This document shows, piece by piece, positions 11,305-20,452 of a stretch of 64,000 bases of DNA. Numbering within the stretch: position 1 is the stretch's first letter; the number at the start of each line of letters is the position of its first letter. Source of the DNA: a virus; IMG/VR virus record IMGVR_UViG_3300020477_001475, positions 44,475-108,474 of that record. One strand, given 5' to 3'. The position numbers and the translations under genes were made by a program. The notes under the pieces are model-generated. The model saw only the letters and a program-made list of their open reading frames with translations, was not told the origin of the DNA and made no database searches.

Positions 11305-12027
11305 TTAATTTTCCAACGAATAATCATTTGGATAATTGATTATTATTCTATTATGATTTTCTGATTCAGGTGGACAATCCAAATAATCGTGACAACAATT
11401 ATAATTATTCTTACATAATGAATTACAATAACAAGTAGCACCACTTGTAATTGGTGTATAAGTTCCACAACTTTCTACACAAGTATTACCATCATCATAA
11501 CCATTAAAATTATTAAAACCTGGAGTTATCCAAAAAGTTTCGGGTGTATCTTTGTAAATCCAATCACCACCATAAACATCATTTCCTCCCATTCCATCAA
11601 CAATCCGTTTCCAAACTGTATCAACTCCATTATCTTGGGAACTAAATTCATAATTAACAAAATTTATTTCTACATCATCACTGTCATTCAATGATATCCA
11701 GTCACTTGGATCACTTCCCCAACTGTAATCACAACCAATATGCCCATTACAATTGTCATAAGGTAAAAATATAATTTTATACCCACCCTTTTTTATAATA
11801 TAATCATCTAAAATAAGAGGATTTGGAAATGTAGATGCATTTAATACCCAACCACCCAATTGTATATTATAATTACTTCTATTATAAAGTTCAACATATC
11901 TATTCTGGGTTTCTTGTAAATCTGGAAGAATTTCTGATCCATAGTAAAATTCTGTAAGTGAAAAGTCTACATCACCACCCATCCAATTATATATTTCGTT
12001 TACAACTACATCACCTAAATTAGCCAT
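11305..12027 (-). CDS. Lamin-tail-domain protein with C-terminal somatomedin-B-like domain
   Basis: VVVNEIY..YVELYNRS..IQLGGWVL (LTD); SCG..CYCNSLCKNNYNCCHDYLDC (SMB Cys pattern). Confidence 0.7.
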   Translation of the reverse strand: MANLGDVVVNEIYNWMGGDVDFSLTEFYYGSEILPDLQETQNRYVELYNRSNYNIQLGGWVLNASTFPNPLILDDYIIKKGGYKIIFLPYDNCNGHIGCDYSWGSDPSDWISLNDSDDVEINFVNYEFSSQDNGVDTVWKRIVDGMGGNDVYGGDWIYKDTPETFWITPGFNNFNGYDDGNTCVESCGTYTPITSGATCYCNSLCKNNYNCCHDYLDCPPESENHNRIIINYPNDYSLEN

Positions 12028-12463
12028 TTATAAGCTCCATTTTAGAATCTACTATGTTTTTACCATTTTTACCAACACATATCAATTCATCAAACTTTAT
12101 ATATTTCATATCTACATTCTTTTCCATATCCAATTTAAATAAAAATGTCTTTTTTTCGGCTCTTGGTAATAAATTACCACCCATATTAAATGAAAGAATA
12201 CGAAAGTTACCAACTAACAAGTTAAATTTACTATCCGTCAATATACTTTTAACAGCATTTTTACTGAATACATTATCAGCCTTCTCAGAATCATATGTTC
12301 TATATAATTCCTTTTCGTTTGGGGCATTATGTTTCCTCTGTTTAACATCCAAATTTAAATTACGCAAATTGTGTTTAAACTGAAAACCCCTCATAACTTC
12401 TGTCGAAATGTATGAAAAATCTAAAGATATTCCTAACTTTCTTTCTACATAAAATCTTACCAT
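12020..12463 (-). CDS. Stand-alone cohesin-like beta-sandwich protein
   Basis: MRGFQF..ILSFNMGGNLLP..LFKL..ELICVGKNG parallels VAGFQF..VLGFSFDGSVIP..LTII..DIVISDTNG of the 59946 protein. Confidence 0.45.
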   Translation of the reverse strand: MVRFYVERKLGISLDFSYISTEVMRGFQFKHNLRNLNLDVKQRKHNAPNEKELYRTYDSEKADNVFSKNAVKSILTDSKFNLLVGNFRILSFNMGGNLLPRAEKKTFLFKLDMEKNVDMKYIKFDELICVGKNGKNIVDSKMELING

Positions 12464-12519
12464 ATTAATTTAAATCCTTATTGAAAAATAAAACAATATA
12501 TACATAAATATTTAATCCT

Positions 12520-12548
12520 AAAAAAAATACCCCTGTTGTTGGGGTATT
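12520..12548 (-). terminator. Rho-independent terminator
   Basis: AATACCCC-AACAACA-GGGGTATT hairpin followed by a T-run on the minus strand. Confidence 0.75.
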
Positions 12549-12577
12549 ATATAAAAATATTGATTTTATTTATGATA

Positions 12578-12775
12578 TTATCTTTCTATATCTGAATAAT
12601 TAACATACCATATCTTTCCTAAATCATCTTTAACTCTGAGGTCTTTATCAGGAAAACCTACTTCATCAATTTTAACCTTTTCACCTTCACGGAGCATTCC
12701 ATCTACCGTAGGAATATTTCTTATTACTATAACCCGTTCACCAATTTTAAAATTACTTTTTATCATTAGAATCAC
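12578..12775 (-). CDS. Small hypothetical protein (SH3-like barrel)
   Basis: FKIGERVIV..GEKVKI..GKIWYV pattern. Confidence 0.5.
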   Translation of the reverse strand: MILMIKSNFKIGERVIVIRNIPTVDGMLREGEKVKIDEVGFPDKDLRVKDDLGKIWYVNYSDIER

Positions 12776-12917
12776 CTTCCATTTTTTCCATAGCCGATTC
12801 CAATTCTTTCAATTCTTTTTTAAAGCCATCTAATGTCCAACCATCATGATAACCTGCGTGGGCTAATTCTGTTTTCAAATACTTTATTCTTTTTTTCATC
12901 TGTTCTTTATCCATCAT
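12753..12917 (-). CDS. Small hypothetical protein (~54 aa, below the ORF-track cutoff)
   Basis: MMDKEQMKKRIKYLKTELAHAGYHDGW...; fills the gap and overlaps both neighbours. Confidence 0.55.
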   Translation of the reverse strand: MMDKEQMKKRIKYLKTELAHAGYHDGWTLDGFKKELKELESAMEKMEGDSNDKK

Positions 12918-13192
12918 CTTATAGACTTTTTAGTTCTTTTTTTGGATTTAACAGATTTTTTAATAGAATCACCTATAACATCTGGTTTTTTATTTTTTTT
13001 AGATGTTTTTGGTTTAGTTTTAACAGCTTTTGGTTTTTCTTCGACCTTTTCTGTTGAAATAGTTGTACCAACTTTATCATCATTTAATAATTCTGATATA
13101 GTTCTCGATAAAAAAGCTCTATCTTGAGATGAAAATAAATTTAACCTATAATGTTCATCTAAAACTCTTCTTATTTTTTCTTTAATTTCCAT
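12914..13192 (-). CDS. Hypothetical protein with Lys-rich C-terminus
   Basis: AGGAG SD, 92-aa ORF in operon. Confidence 0.55.
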   Translation of the reverse strand: MEIKEKIRRVLDEHYRLNLFSSQDRAFLSRTISELLNDDKVGTTISTEKVEEKPKAVKTKPKTSKKNKKPDVIGDSIKKSVKSKKRTKKSIR

Positions 13193-13206
13193 ATGTAACT
13201 CCTATT

Positions 13207-13728
13207 TTATTTACAAAATCTTTTTGAACCAAAAAAATCACCAACATTAGTAAAATAACAATTTGGACACAATAACCTTAAATTATCATAAGTATAATTA
13301 TCAGTATTACCATCTATAAAATCCAACGATAAACATATCTTATCATCTGTTATCCTCTTTTCATTCCATTTACACAAACTACACTCTTCAACCATATAAC
13401 CAGCATTTATCAATCGTGTTTTTAATTTCGAAGATGAATAACCTTTATACTTGTTTGCTAAAATTTCATCCAAATCGTAGGAAGAATAAACAAATTTCTT
13501 TTCTATACCCTTCCCACTTTGATTTTTATGTTGTTCAAATATGTCATAATATTTAGCCCATTTTTTGTAAGTATTGTAATTAACACCTAACCATCTAGCA
13601 GCTTCAGAATTAGACCTTGTATTTTCTACAGCATCTTCGATCATCTTTTTAGTTAATACAAATCTTTTTCCTGGTATCTTGACATATTTTTTAACAGAAC
13701 CCATTAATAATCTTTTTGATATACCCAT
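13207..13728 (-). CDS. HTH plus degenerate HNH zinc-finger protein
   Basis: SNSEAARWLGVNYNTYKKW HTH; CSLC..LDFIDGN..NLRLLCPNCY HNH-like with His residues substituted. Confidence 0.65.
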   Translation of the reverse strand: MGISKRLLMGSVKKYVKIPGKRFVLTKKMIEDAVENTRSNSEAARWLGVNYNTYKKWAKYYDIFEQHKNQSGKGIEKKFVYSSYDLDEILANKYKGYSSSKLKTRLINAGYMVEECSLCKWNEKRITDDKICLSLDFIDGNTDNYTYDNLRLLCPNCYFTNVGDFFGSKRFCK

Positions 13729-13916
13729 GAATTAGGATCAATATTTACAACCTTTTGTTCACGTAAATGTGTAGCAGTTTGATTGTCTATCTTCCTATGA
13801 GGTGAATTATTATTACTCAAAGATTGTTCTACCCAAAATAATTCACTTGGTTCTATATCTTTATATCTATAAGAAAGCCAATCTATATGACCTTTTTCCT
13901 TTGGAAAATCCGGCAT
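13704..13916 (-). CDS. Hypothetical protein
   Basis: ORF in operon context. Confidence 0.45.
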   Translation of the reverse strand: MPDFPKEKGHIDWLSYRYKDIEPSELFWVEQSLSNNNSPHRKIDNQTATHLREQKVVNIDPNSWVYQKDY

Positions 13917-13917
13917 A

Positions 13918-14151
13918 TTATTTCCCCTTCTTGTCGTTGCAGTAACATTCAGGTACTGGTTTTGATGCTATAATTTCCAAAGAATTTGCTATTCTTTGTA
14001 AAACTTCTAATGTAATCGCATCCTTTGATTTAATTTCAACATTGGTGTAACCTTGTGCATTCACTTTAAATGGTATTTTAATATCAGACATTGTTTTCTT
14101 CCTCCTGTAACAATTGTTTTTTAGTTTGTTGTTTGTCTTCTTCAGGTACAT
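13918..14151 (-). CDS. Hypothetical protein (true start probably the internal MSDIK)
   Basis: GGAGG SD precedes the internal ATG. Confidence 0.45.
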   Translation of the reverse strand: MYLKKTNNKLKNNCYRRKKTMSDIKIPFKVNAQGYTNVEIKSKDAITLEVLQRIANSLEIIASKPVPECYCNDKKGK

Positions 14152-14299
14152 CTCCTTTAGTATGTTTCCTGAGAAATTCTTCTATATCAATATTTAACCT
14201 ATTCAATTCATTATAGGCTAAATCATGAACAAATTCATCTGCATCTTTATCCAAAATAGTAGTCATCAACTTTTGAATATATGGTCCAAGTTTATTCAT
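14084..14299 (-). CDS. Hypothetical protein
   Basis: GAGGAG SD, 71 aa. Confidence 0.55.
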   Translation of the reverse strand: MNKLGPYIQKLMTTILDKDADEFVHDLAYNELNRLNIDIEEFLRKHTKGDVPEEDKQQTKKQLLQEEENNV

Positions 14300-14323
14300 A
14301 ATATTCTCCTCATATATATATAT

Positions 14324-14467
14324 TTACTTTTTTCGTTTTTTGGCAATTTTACGATATTCTGATTGTTTCATTTTTCTATTCTTATGTTTCTTATTACCAT
14401 TTTTCCTTTTAGTTTTTTGGTAATTGTTAGAATATTCATCCAAATCATATAATTCATCATACTTCAT
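14324..14467 (-). CDS. Small protein with acidic N-terminus and basic C-terminus (47 aa)
   Basis: MKYDDELYDLDEYSNNYQKTKRKNGNKKHK...; fills the intergenic gap. Confidence 0.5.
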   Translation of the reverse strand: MKYDELYDLDEYSNNYQKTKRKNGNKKHKNRKMKQSEYRKIAKKRKK

Positions 14468-14469
14468 TT

Positions 14470-15681
14470 TTAAGCAAAACGCCTCCTTTTATTAACTTTC
14501 AAATTAGATTCAATTCTATTCATCACTCTTATATTTAAGTGAAATATATCATATTCCATTTCACCTATCTCTCCACTTTCATCAATAATTTTTTGTATGT
14601 CAAAAATAAATTGTAATTTTTCTTGTACATTATTTTCTGTAATTTCTCTACCACTAAATCTTAAAATTATATCATTATCTTTTTTATAATCATATAACTT
14701 AATTTTTTCAGATAATAAAATCATCGTATTTGGTTGTTCATTGGAAATATATTTAGATATTAATTCTTTACTACTATTAAACAAATGATTGTGTTTAACA
14801 TAAATGGTAGAAGCCCATGGTTCTAAAGCGTGTAATTTACCCAAATCACATTCATCTACAACCAATCCTATATCATATTTGGGTGGTACAGTCATATCTC
14901 TATTTTCATCCCAAACACCACTTGGCCAACACCCCCATTTCCTAACAAAGTTTCTTATGGACTTATTATATTGATTATCTATGTCTATATGACCTTCTTC
15001 TCTTTGCCGAACACTTTTGCTTGGCATATGATAAACAGCAGTTTCAAATAATTGACAATACTTCGCACCACTCATCTTTATTCTTAAATAAAAGTCATCG
15101 TCATCCACCATATATTTCAAAAACAATAAGTCATTTCCACCAACTTTATCATAAAGTGTTTTTTTGATCATCCATGGAAAAAACATTCTTTGTTCTACTC
15201 TACCTTTACTATCTTCAATGTTCTTTTCATGCCAATTAATAAATTTATTTTCTTTAAATTCTTCAGATCTTGTACCAAAATCAATTAAAAATTTATCAAT
15301 CGATTCTGGATAACCTATATTTGGTTCAACTCTTAAAGGTGTAATGAAATCATATTCTTTCATATACTTTAACATAATTTCATCAAACTTGGGTGGTACA
15401 TACATATCTGAATGCAACATACACACAATTTCATTAGAAGCCAATTCAACCATTTTATTATAAGAATAGGCTATTCCAATATTTTCTTCATTTCTATGAA
15501 TAACCATGTTTATATCTTGTGATTTCAATTCTTGTAATAATTCCCAAGTACCATCTTTAGAACCATCATCCATCATAACTATTTCATGTCTATAACCAAG
15601 ATTTTTCCTAATAGAGTTGTAACACCATTTAGTATATTTCTTAGTATTAAAATTGGATATTATGAAACTAATAGTTTTCAT
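14470..15681 (-). CDS. Glycosyltransferase family 2
   Basis: ISFIISNFN..MDDGSKDGT..LHSDM..DDDFYLR. Confidence 0.85.
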   Translation of the reverse strand: MKTISFIISNFNTKKYTKWCYNSIRKNLGYRHEIVMMDDGSKDGTWELLQELKSQDINMVIHRNEENIGIAYSYNKMVELASNEIVCMLHSDMYVPPKFDEIMLKYMKEYDFITPLRVEPNIGYPESIDKFLIDFGTRSEEFKENKFINWHEKNIEDSKGRVEQRMFFPWMIKKTLYDKVGGNDLLFLKYMVDDDDFYLRIKMSGAKYCQLFETAVYHMPSKSVRQREEGHIDIDNQYNKSIRNFVRKWGCWPSGVWDENRDMTVPPKYDIGLVVDECDLGKLHALEPWASTIYVKHNHLFNSSKELISKYISNEQPNTMILLSEKIKLYDYKKDNDIILRFSGREITENNVQEKLQFIFDIQKIIDESGEIGEMEYDIFHLNIRVMNRIESNLKVNKRRRFA

Positions 15682-16409
15682 TTATTAAATTCCTTTATTT
15701 CTTCTAACTGAATTTTAATATTTGGTGTTTCTATAGTTGGTACAAGACATTTATCTATTTTCAAAGAATCATTTTTATTTATTTCAACATCTTTTCCATA
15801 AACATCCTTCATTATATTTAATAATTCATATTTAGAAATACATTCAGTTGCTGGTATATTTAAATCTTTATAGTTATCCCAATTAGACATCATATCATAG
15901 GCAACTTTAGCCCATTGTAGTGTGGTATTACCATTCCAATAACATTCACTATAACCACCTATACTATCATCTTCAACATTCAAAAACCATTCTAATAAAC
16001 TTGCTTCAGTATTTAATTCTGGTCCAATGATAGATGTTTTTATAATTTTAGTCATCCTACCATCTTCTAAAATATATTCGGCAGCTTTTCTTTTAGAATT
16101 TCCATAATCATCATCATCTATTTCACAATCAGTTCCTGGGTGTATTATATAACAACCTATATTTTCATCTAACCATATAGGTAAATCTACATTAACATCA
16201 AAATCATTTGTTCTTTGGTGTATAGCACCTATACAATTTATTATATAACCACCATTTTCACTCCACCAAAAATCTGTAACGAAATCCTTAAATTCCCTTG
16301 TAGGCCACCTTAAATCTGTAGTAACTACTTTGCAGTCACCTTTAGTAGATAGATACTTGTAAACCATATGTCCTAACATACCTTTATGTCCTAAAATTAA
16401 AACTTTCAT
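15678..16409 (-). CDS. dTDP-4-dehydrorhamnose reductase-like (RmlD family)
   Basis: GHKGMLG Rossmann motif, INCIG, TDC, YGNSK. Confidence 0.8.
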   Translation of the reverse strand: MKVLILGHKGMLGHMVYKYLSTKGDCKVVTTDLRWPTREFKDFVTDFWWSENGGYIINCIGAIHQRTNDFDVNVDLPIWLDENIGCYIIHPGTDCEIDDDDYGNSKRKAAEYILEDGRMTKIIKTSIIGPELNTEASLLEWFLNVEDDSIGGYSECYWNGNTTLQWAKVAYDMMSNWDNYKDLNIPATECISKYELLNIMKDVYGKDVEINKNDSLKIDKCLVPTIETPNIKIQLEEIKEFNK

Positions 16410-16413
16410 ATGA

Positions 16414-16827
16414 CTATCTCCTCTCTATATTCCAAATGTTCCATTTATCCCATTCAAATCTAATATCATCACCCATACTATCTTCTAATGTAGATGTTGA
16501 AAAGAATAAAACTTTTGTATTATCTTGCAAATTCATAAAACCATTAGCATATCCTGGAGGTATATACAAAATTTGTGGTTTACTTGATGACAATACGAAT
16601 CTATCTATTTCTTCAGTTTTCATATTAACAGCACCTATTAAAATAGCACCATTGGGAACAAAAACATACTTGCCTTCATTTTCATGTCCATGCCAAGCTC
16701 TGATAAATCCTTTTTCATGATTTTCAACCATATAAAATCTCTTAACATTTTTAAAATCAAAATCATTAACAAATGATAATTGACCTCTATCATCTACGGC
16801 AACACCACCATTCATAACTTTTACCAT
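16414..16827 (-). CDS. Sugar 3,5-epimerase/isomerase cupin (RmlC-like)
   Basis: DDRG..IRAWHGH..LYIPPGYANGF. Confidence 0.8.
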   Translation of the reverse strand: MVKVMNGGVAVDDRGQLSFVNDFDFKNVKRFYMVENHEKGFIRAWHGHENEGKYVFVPNGAILIGAVNMKTEEIDRFVLSSSKPQILYIPPGYANGFMNLQDNTKVLFFSTSTLEDSMGDDIRFEWDKWNIWNIERR

Positions 16828-17114
16828 ATTCTTAACCTCCCTAATATTATATCCTTAAACATTAACCAGTCTGACAATTTAGCATATAATGGATTTACAA
16901 ATGCAGCTGGTTTATTACCTTCAAAAAAATAATGACCACTCCAAGCAAATGGGTATATTACAAATGGAATCAATGGAATTAAAAACCAATACCAATTATA
17001 CAATACAAATATTGTAAATGATATTGTAACCCATTGGCCAATGAAATGTAATAACCTACACTTTGGATGTTCGTGTAATGTTAAATAGTATTTATAATAT
17101 TCTTTAATTCCCAT
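16821..17114 (-). CDS. DUF962/Mpo1-like membrane protein
   Basis: YLTLH..RLLHFIG..FAWSGHYFFEGNKPA. Confidence 0.75.
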   Translation of the reverse strand: MGIKEYYKYYLTLHEHPKCRLLHFIGQWVTISFTIFVLYNWYWFLIPLIPFVIYPFAWSGHYFFEGNKPAAFVNPLYAKLSDWLMFKDIILGRLRIW

Positions 17115-18063
17115 TTTGTTCTCCTATATATTTAGCATTACTATAAAGGTTACTATAAGGATTTCTTATTCTATTACTTTCAAATATATCTGCTAATTCT
17201 TTGATACTATCTTCTAAACTAATATGTGGTGACCATCCAGTAGCATCTACATATTTTTTAGAACTTACATGATAATCTCTCAAATCTTCATATTTCATAT
17301 CTATATATTCAATATCAACATCACCCAAAACCTTATATATAGTTTCACCCAAATCTTTTATTTCTACATTTTTATCAGAAACATTATATATACCATTCAA
17401 CGATTTCATATTACTCATATTCAAATTAGTTTGATATAAAATATCAGCTACATCTCTAACATGTATTATTGGTCTCCATTGAGATCCACCAAAAACAGTT
17501 AATTTTTCACCCCTAATTGCCTTCAATGTAAGTATATTGATTACCAAATCTAATCTAGGTCTACTAAATCTATCACCAAATCCGTGTACTGTACCTAATC
17601 TGTATATAACAGAATTTCCTCTATCCAATAACATCTTTTCAGCTTCCAACTTTGTGGATGCATATATAGACAAAGGATTTGTAGGTGATTTTTCATTGAG
17701 GTTTCTTTTTCTATTTGCACCATAAACAGAACAAGTACTTGTAAAAATAATTCTACCATTATAATTATCACATAACCACTTAACTGGTTCTTGATTTATA
17801 TTTATCGTAGTTTCAGGATCCACAGCACATGCCCCATCACCTACTAAAGCAGCTAACCATATAACAGTATCATAATTATTTATAATTTTACCCAATTTTT
17901 TATAATCCCTGATATCACCATATATTAAATTTATATCTTTCAAATATAAATCTTCATACACTAATGAATCATAAACATCCACATCAAACATAGTTTTTCT
18001 AAATCTATCAGTCAATGCACCACCTATATAACCTGCACCACCAACTATTAATATTTTTTTCAT
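17104..18063 (-). CDS. NAD-dependent sugar epimerase/dehydratase
   Basis: GGAGYIG, STCSVYG, YASTK, RPIIHVRD. Confidence 0.85.
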   Translation of the reverse strand: MKKILIVGGAGYIGGALTDRFRKTMFDVDVYDSLVYEDLYLKDINLIYGDIRDYKKLGKIINNYDTVIWLAALVGDGACAVDPETTININQEPVKWLCDNYNGRIIFTSTCSVYGANRKRNLNEKSPTNPLSIYASTKLEAEKMLLDRGNSVIYRLGTVHGFGDRFSRPRLDLVINILTLKAIRGEKLTVFGGSQWRPIIHVRDVADILYQTNLNMSNMKSLNGIYNVSDKNVEIKDLGETIYKVLGDVDIEYIDMKYEDLRDYHVSSKKYVDATGWSPHISLEDSIKELADIFESNRIRNPYSNLYSNAKYIGEQNGN

Positions 18064-18627
18064 CTAATTATTCCCCTTTTTTTCAGTATATAAAATTATT
18101 CTTATAGCAGAATCCGCTGAATTACTTCTATGTGATGATGATTGTTTAATAATATTAAAATATTTTTCCACAGTTTCTTTTTGGTCTGGATTTATTTCAA
18201 ATACAGCATAATCACAATTCATTTTAGATAAAGTCAAGTCTTGATTTTCACAATGATGTAACATATTCAAACACAAAGCTATATCACATTCAGGGGTATC
18301 TTCACCTCCAACCCATTCTAAAAATTCCATATCAACACCAGAAAATTCAGTTATTAATTTAGCTGTTGGTATAACAGGTGGTGTTGCATCCAAACCAATT
18401 ACTTTTTTGGCTCCTTTTTTCATAACTTGTATACCAAAATAAGCATGAAAACATCCTAAATCACATACTGTTTTATCTATCCAATCTATTCCAAGTTCGT
18501 TTATAGTTTTCCAAGATTCGTAAGATTTAGAATAACCAATAAAATCTAATATTTCAATATCTTGGTAATACTTATCATAATCTTGAGAATCTAAATATTG
18601 TCTAAGTTGTTCTTTATTTTCAATCAT
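18064..18627 (-). CDS. Class I SAM-dependent methyltransferase
   Basis: VCDLGCFHAYF, VIGLD, LNMLHH. Confidence 0.75.
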   Translation of the reverse strand: MIENKEQLRQYLDSQDYDKYYQDIEILDFIGYSKSYESWKTINELGIDWIDKTVCDLGCFHAYFGIQVMKKGAKKVIGLDATPPVIPTAKLITEFSGVDMEFLEWVGGEDTPECDIALCLNMLHHCENQDLTLSKMNCDYAVFEINPDQKETVEKYFNIIKQSSSHRSNSADSAIRIILYTEKKGNN

Positions 18628-18637
18628 ATTATTTCCC

Positions 18638-19144
18638 TCATGGTACTATTGGTTCATTATCAATACTGTTATCATAAATATAAAAATCACCACGTATATG
18701 TGAATTTACCAAATTATCATCCACCCATTTACTATAAAAATCTTTATAATTTTTTTTATATTCATCTAAATTTTCTTCTTTATAAAAATATTTTGATTTT
18801 AATCTACCCAACCACACATCAATATCACCACATTCCACTAAAATAATAGTACAATTATTATTCAAATAATAATCTTCAAATGATTTTATTGGATTTTCTG
18901 GTGGTACAGCATCCATTATTAATTTATCACCATTTTCAATCAGTTTAAAAATATTTTTTATACCTTTGTCAGGATCATGATAAGGATAATTTTTATCAAA
19001 ACTAATAAATTTATAATCTCCATTCTTTTCTACAAATTTTTTAGAAAAATGTGTTTTCCCTGAACCGAATAAACCAGTTACAAATATTTTAGATTTAAAA
19101 TTACTACTGCCCATACTTTTTAGTTTCTGCATTAAAACCTCCAA
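18638..19144 (-). CDS. P-loop kinase-like protein
   Basis: GLFGSGKT Walker A, LIMD. Confidence 0.65.
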   Translation of the reverse strand: MEVLMQKLKSMGSSNFKSKIFVTGLFGSGKTHFSKKFVEKNGDYKFISFDKNYPYHDPDKGIKNIFKLIENGDKLIMDAVPPENPIKSFEDYYLNNNCTIILVECGDIDVWLGRLKSKYFYKEENLDEYKKNYKDFYSKWVDDNLVNSHIRGDFYIYDNSIDNEPIVP

Positions 19145-19454
19145 TATCTATTTTTTCTATATTTCTTTTTATTGTTGTTGATAACTTTTCATCTATACAT
19201 CTTTTCAACCTAGCCCGTTCTTCAACTAACCTAACATCCTCAACAGACGCCCAAGAACAGAATTCAGAATCATTCTTATTGTCCATTACTCTATCTTTTA
19301 ATGTAAATAATTTGAAATTAACAATCGATAATCTATCAACCAATTCACCCATACTTAAAAGTTGTTCAAAACTGTTATCACAATCATAACTACCATCATA
19401 ATTATCCACTGAATCCTTTATAATCAAATCTATATTTTCACTAAACTTATTCAT
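19104..19454 (-). CDS. Helical hypothetical protein (DUF4254-like)
   Basis: SMGELVDRLSIVNFKLF..ERARLKRCIDE. Confidence 0.5.
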   Translation of the reverse strand: MNKFSENIDLIIKDSVDNYDGSYDCDNSFEQLLSMGELVDRLSIVNFKLFTLKDRVMDNKNDSEFCSWASVEDVRLVEERARLKRCIDEKLSTTIKRNIEKIDIGGFNAETKKYGQ

Positions 19455-20443
19455 ATATTTAAATTCCTATACCAATTATGTATTTCCTCTACACCATAAT
19501 ATAATACAGTTTCAGCTTCAAATCCTAACATTTTTTTAGCTTTTTTCACTGATGGTACTCTTTTTTGGACATCGTGTTTAAATGATTCAGTTTTAATTAT
19601 ATTTGGTTTCCCTTTTTTACCAGATATATCCCATATCATATTAACCAATTCCAAAACACTTGTTTCTTGGTCACTACCCAGATTAAAGGATTCATTCTTG
19701 GCTTCTGGGTGTGTAACTAATGTTACAATACCTTTAGCTAAATCTTTAACTTGTGTGAAACATCTTGTTTGATTTCCCTGACCTAAAATTCTAACACTAC
19801 CATTGGTTGACATATTTACTTTATAAAATAAGTCAGGTATAACGTGTGCAGATCCAACTTCCAATTCACCATCAACAATCTTTGGTTCTTCACCAGGTCC
19901 ATAAGCATTAAATGGTATCGCAATTGAATATTCCATACCTTTTTCTTCTGAAACAGCTTTTAACATCCATTCACCGATTAATTTTGATTGCCCATATGCA
20001 GTTTTGGGTGGTAGTGTTTCTCCTATATGCCCTTCTTCATGTGGGTACAAATCTGAACCTTCATAAACCATAGATGATGATATGTAAACAAATCTTTTAA
20101 CACCCACTTCAGAAGCTGCATCCATAACACATGCATTTATTCTTGAATTATCATTTATCATAGATTGTGGTTTTTTATGAAAATGACCAATACCACCTAT
20201 CTTAGCTGCAGCGTGTATCACATAATCTTGGCCCGCCAAAGCATTTCTAGCTCCACCCATTGTAGACAAATCCAATTGTTTAAAAGTGATACCTTTAATA
20301 AATGGTTTATCTGTGGGTGATAGACTCTCTGGATTCGATAAATCATCAACAACAGTTACATCCCAATTACCATCTTGCAATAATCTATCAACAATATGTC
20401 TCCCAATAAAACCACAACCACCAGTAACAAGTATTTTATTCAT
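19451..20443 (-). CDS. NAD-dependent epimerase/dehydratase
   Basis: TGGCGFIG, SSSMVY, YGQSK, FNAYGP, QTRCF. Confidence 0.85.
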   Translation of the reverse strand: MNKILVTGGCGFIGRHIVDRLLQDGNWDVTVVDDLSNPESLSPTDKPFIKGITFKQLDLSTMGGARNALAGQDYVIHAAAKIGGIGHFHKKPQSMINDNSRINACVMDAASEVGVKRFVYISSSMVYEGSDLYPHEEGHIGETLPPKTAYGQSKLIGEWMLKAVSEEKGMEYSIAIPFNAYGPGEEPKIVDGELEVGSAHVIPDLFYKVNMSTNGSVRILGQGNQTRCFTQVKDLAKGIVTLVTHPEAKNESFNLGSDQETSVLELVNMIWDISGKKGKPNIIKTESFKHDVQKRVPSVKKAKKMLGFEAETVLYYGVEEIHNWYRNLNI

Positions 20444-20452
20444 ATATAACTC

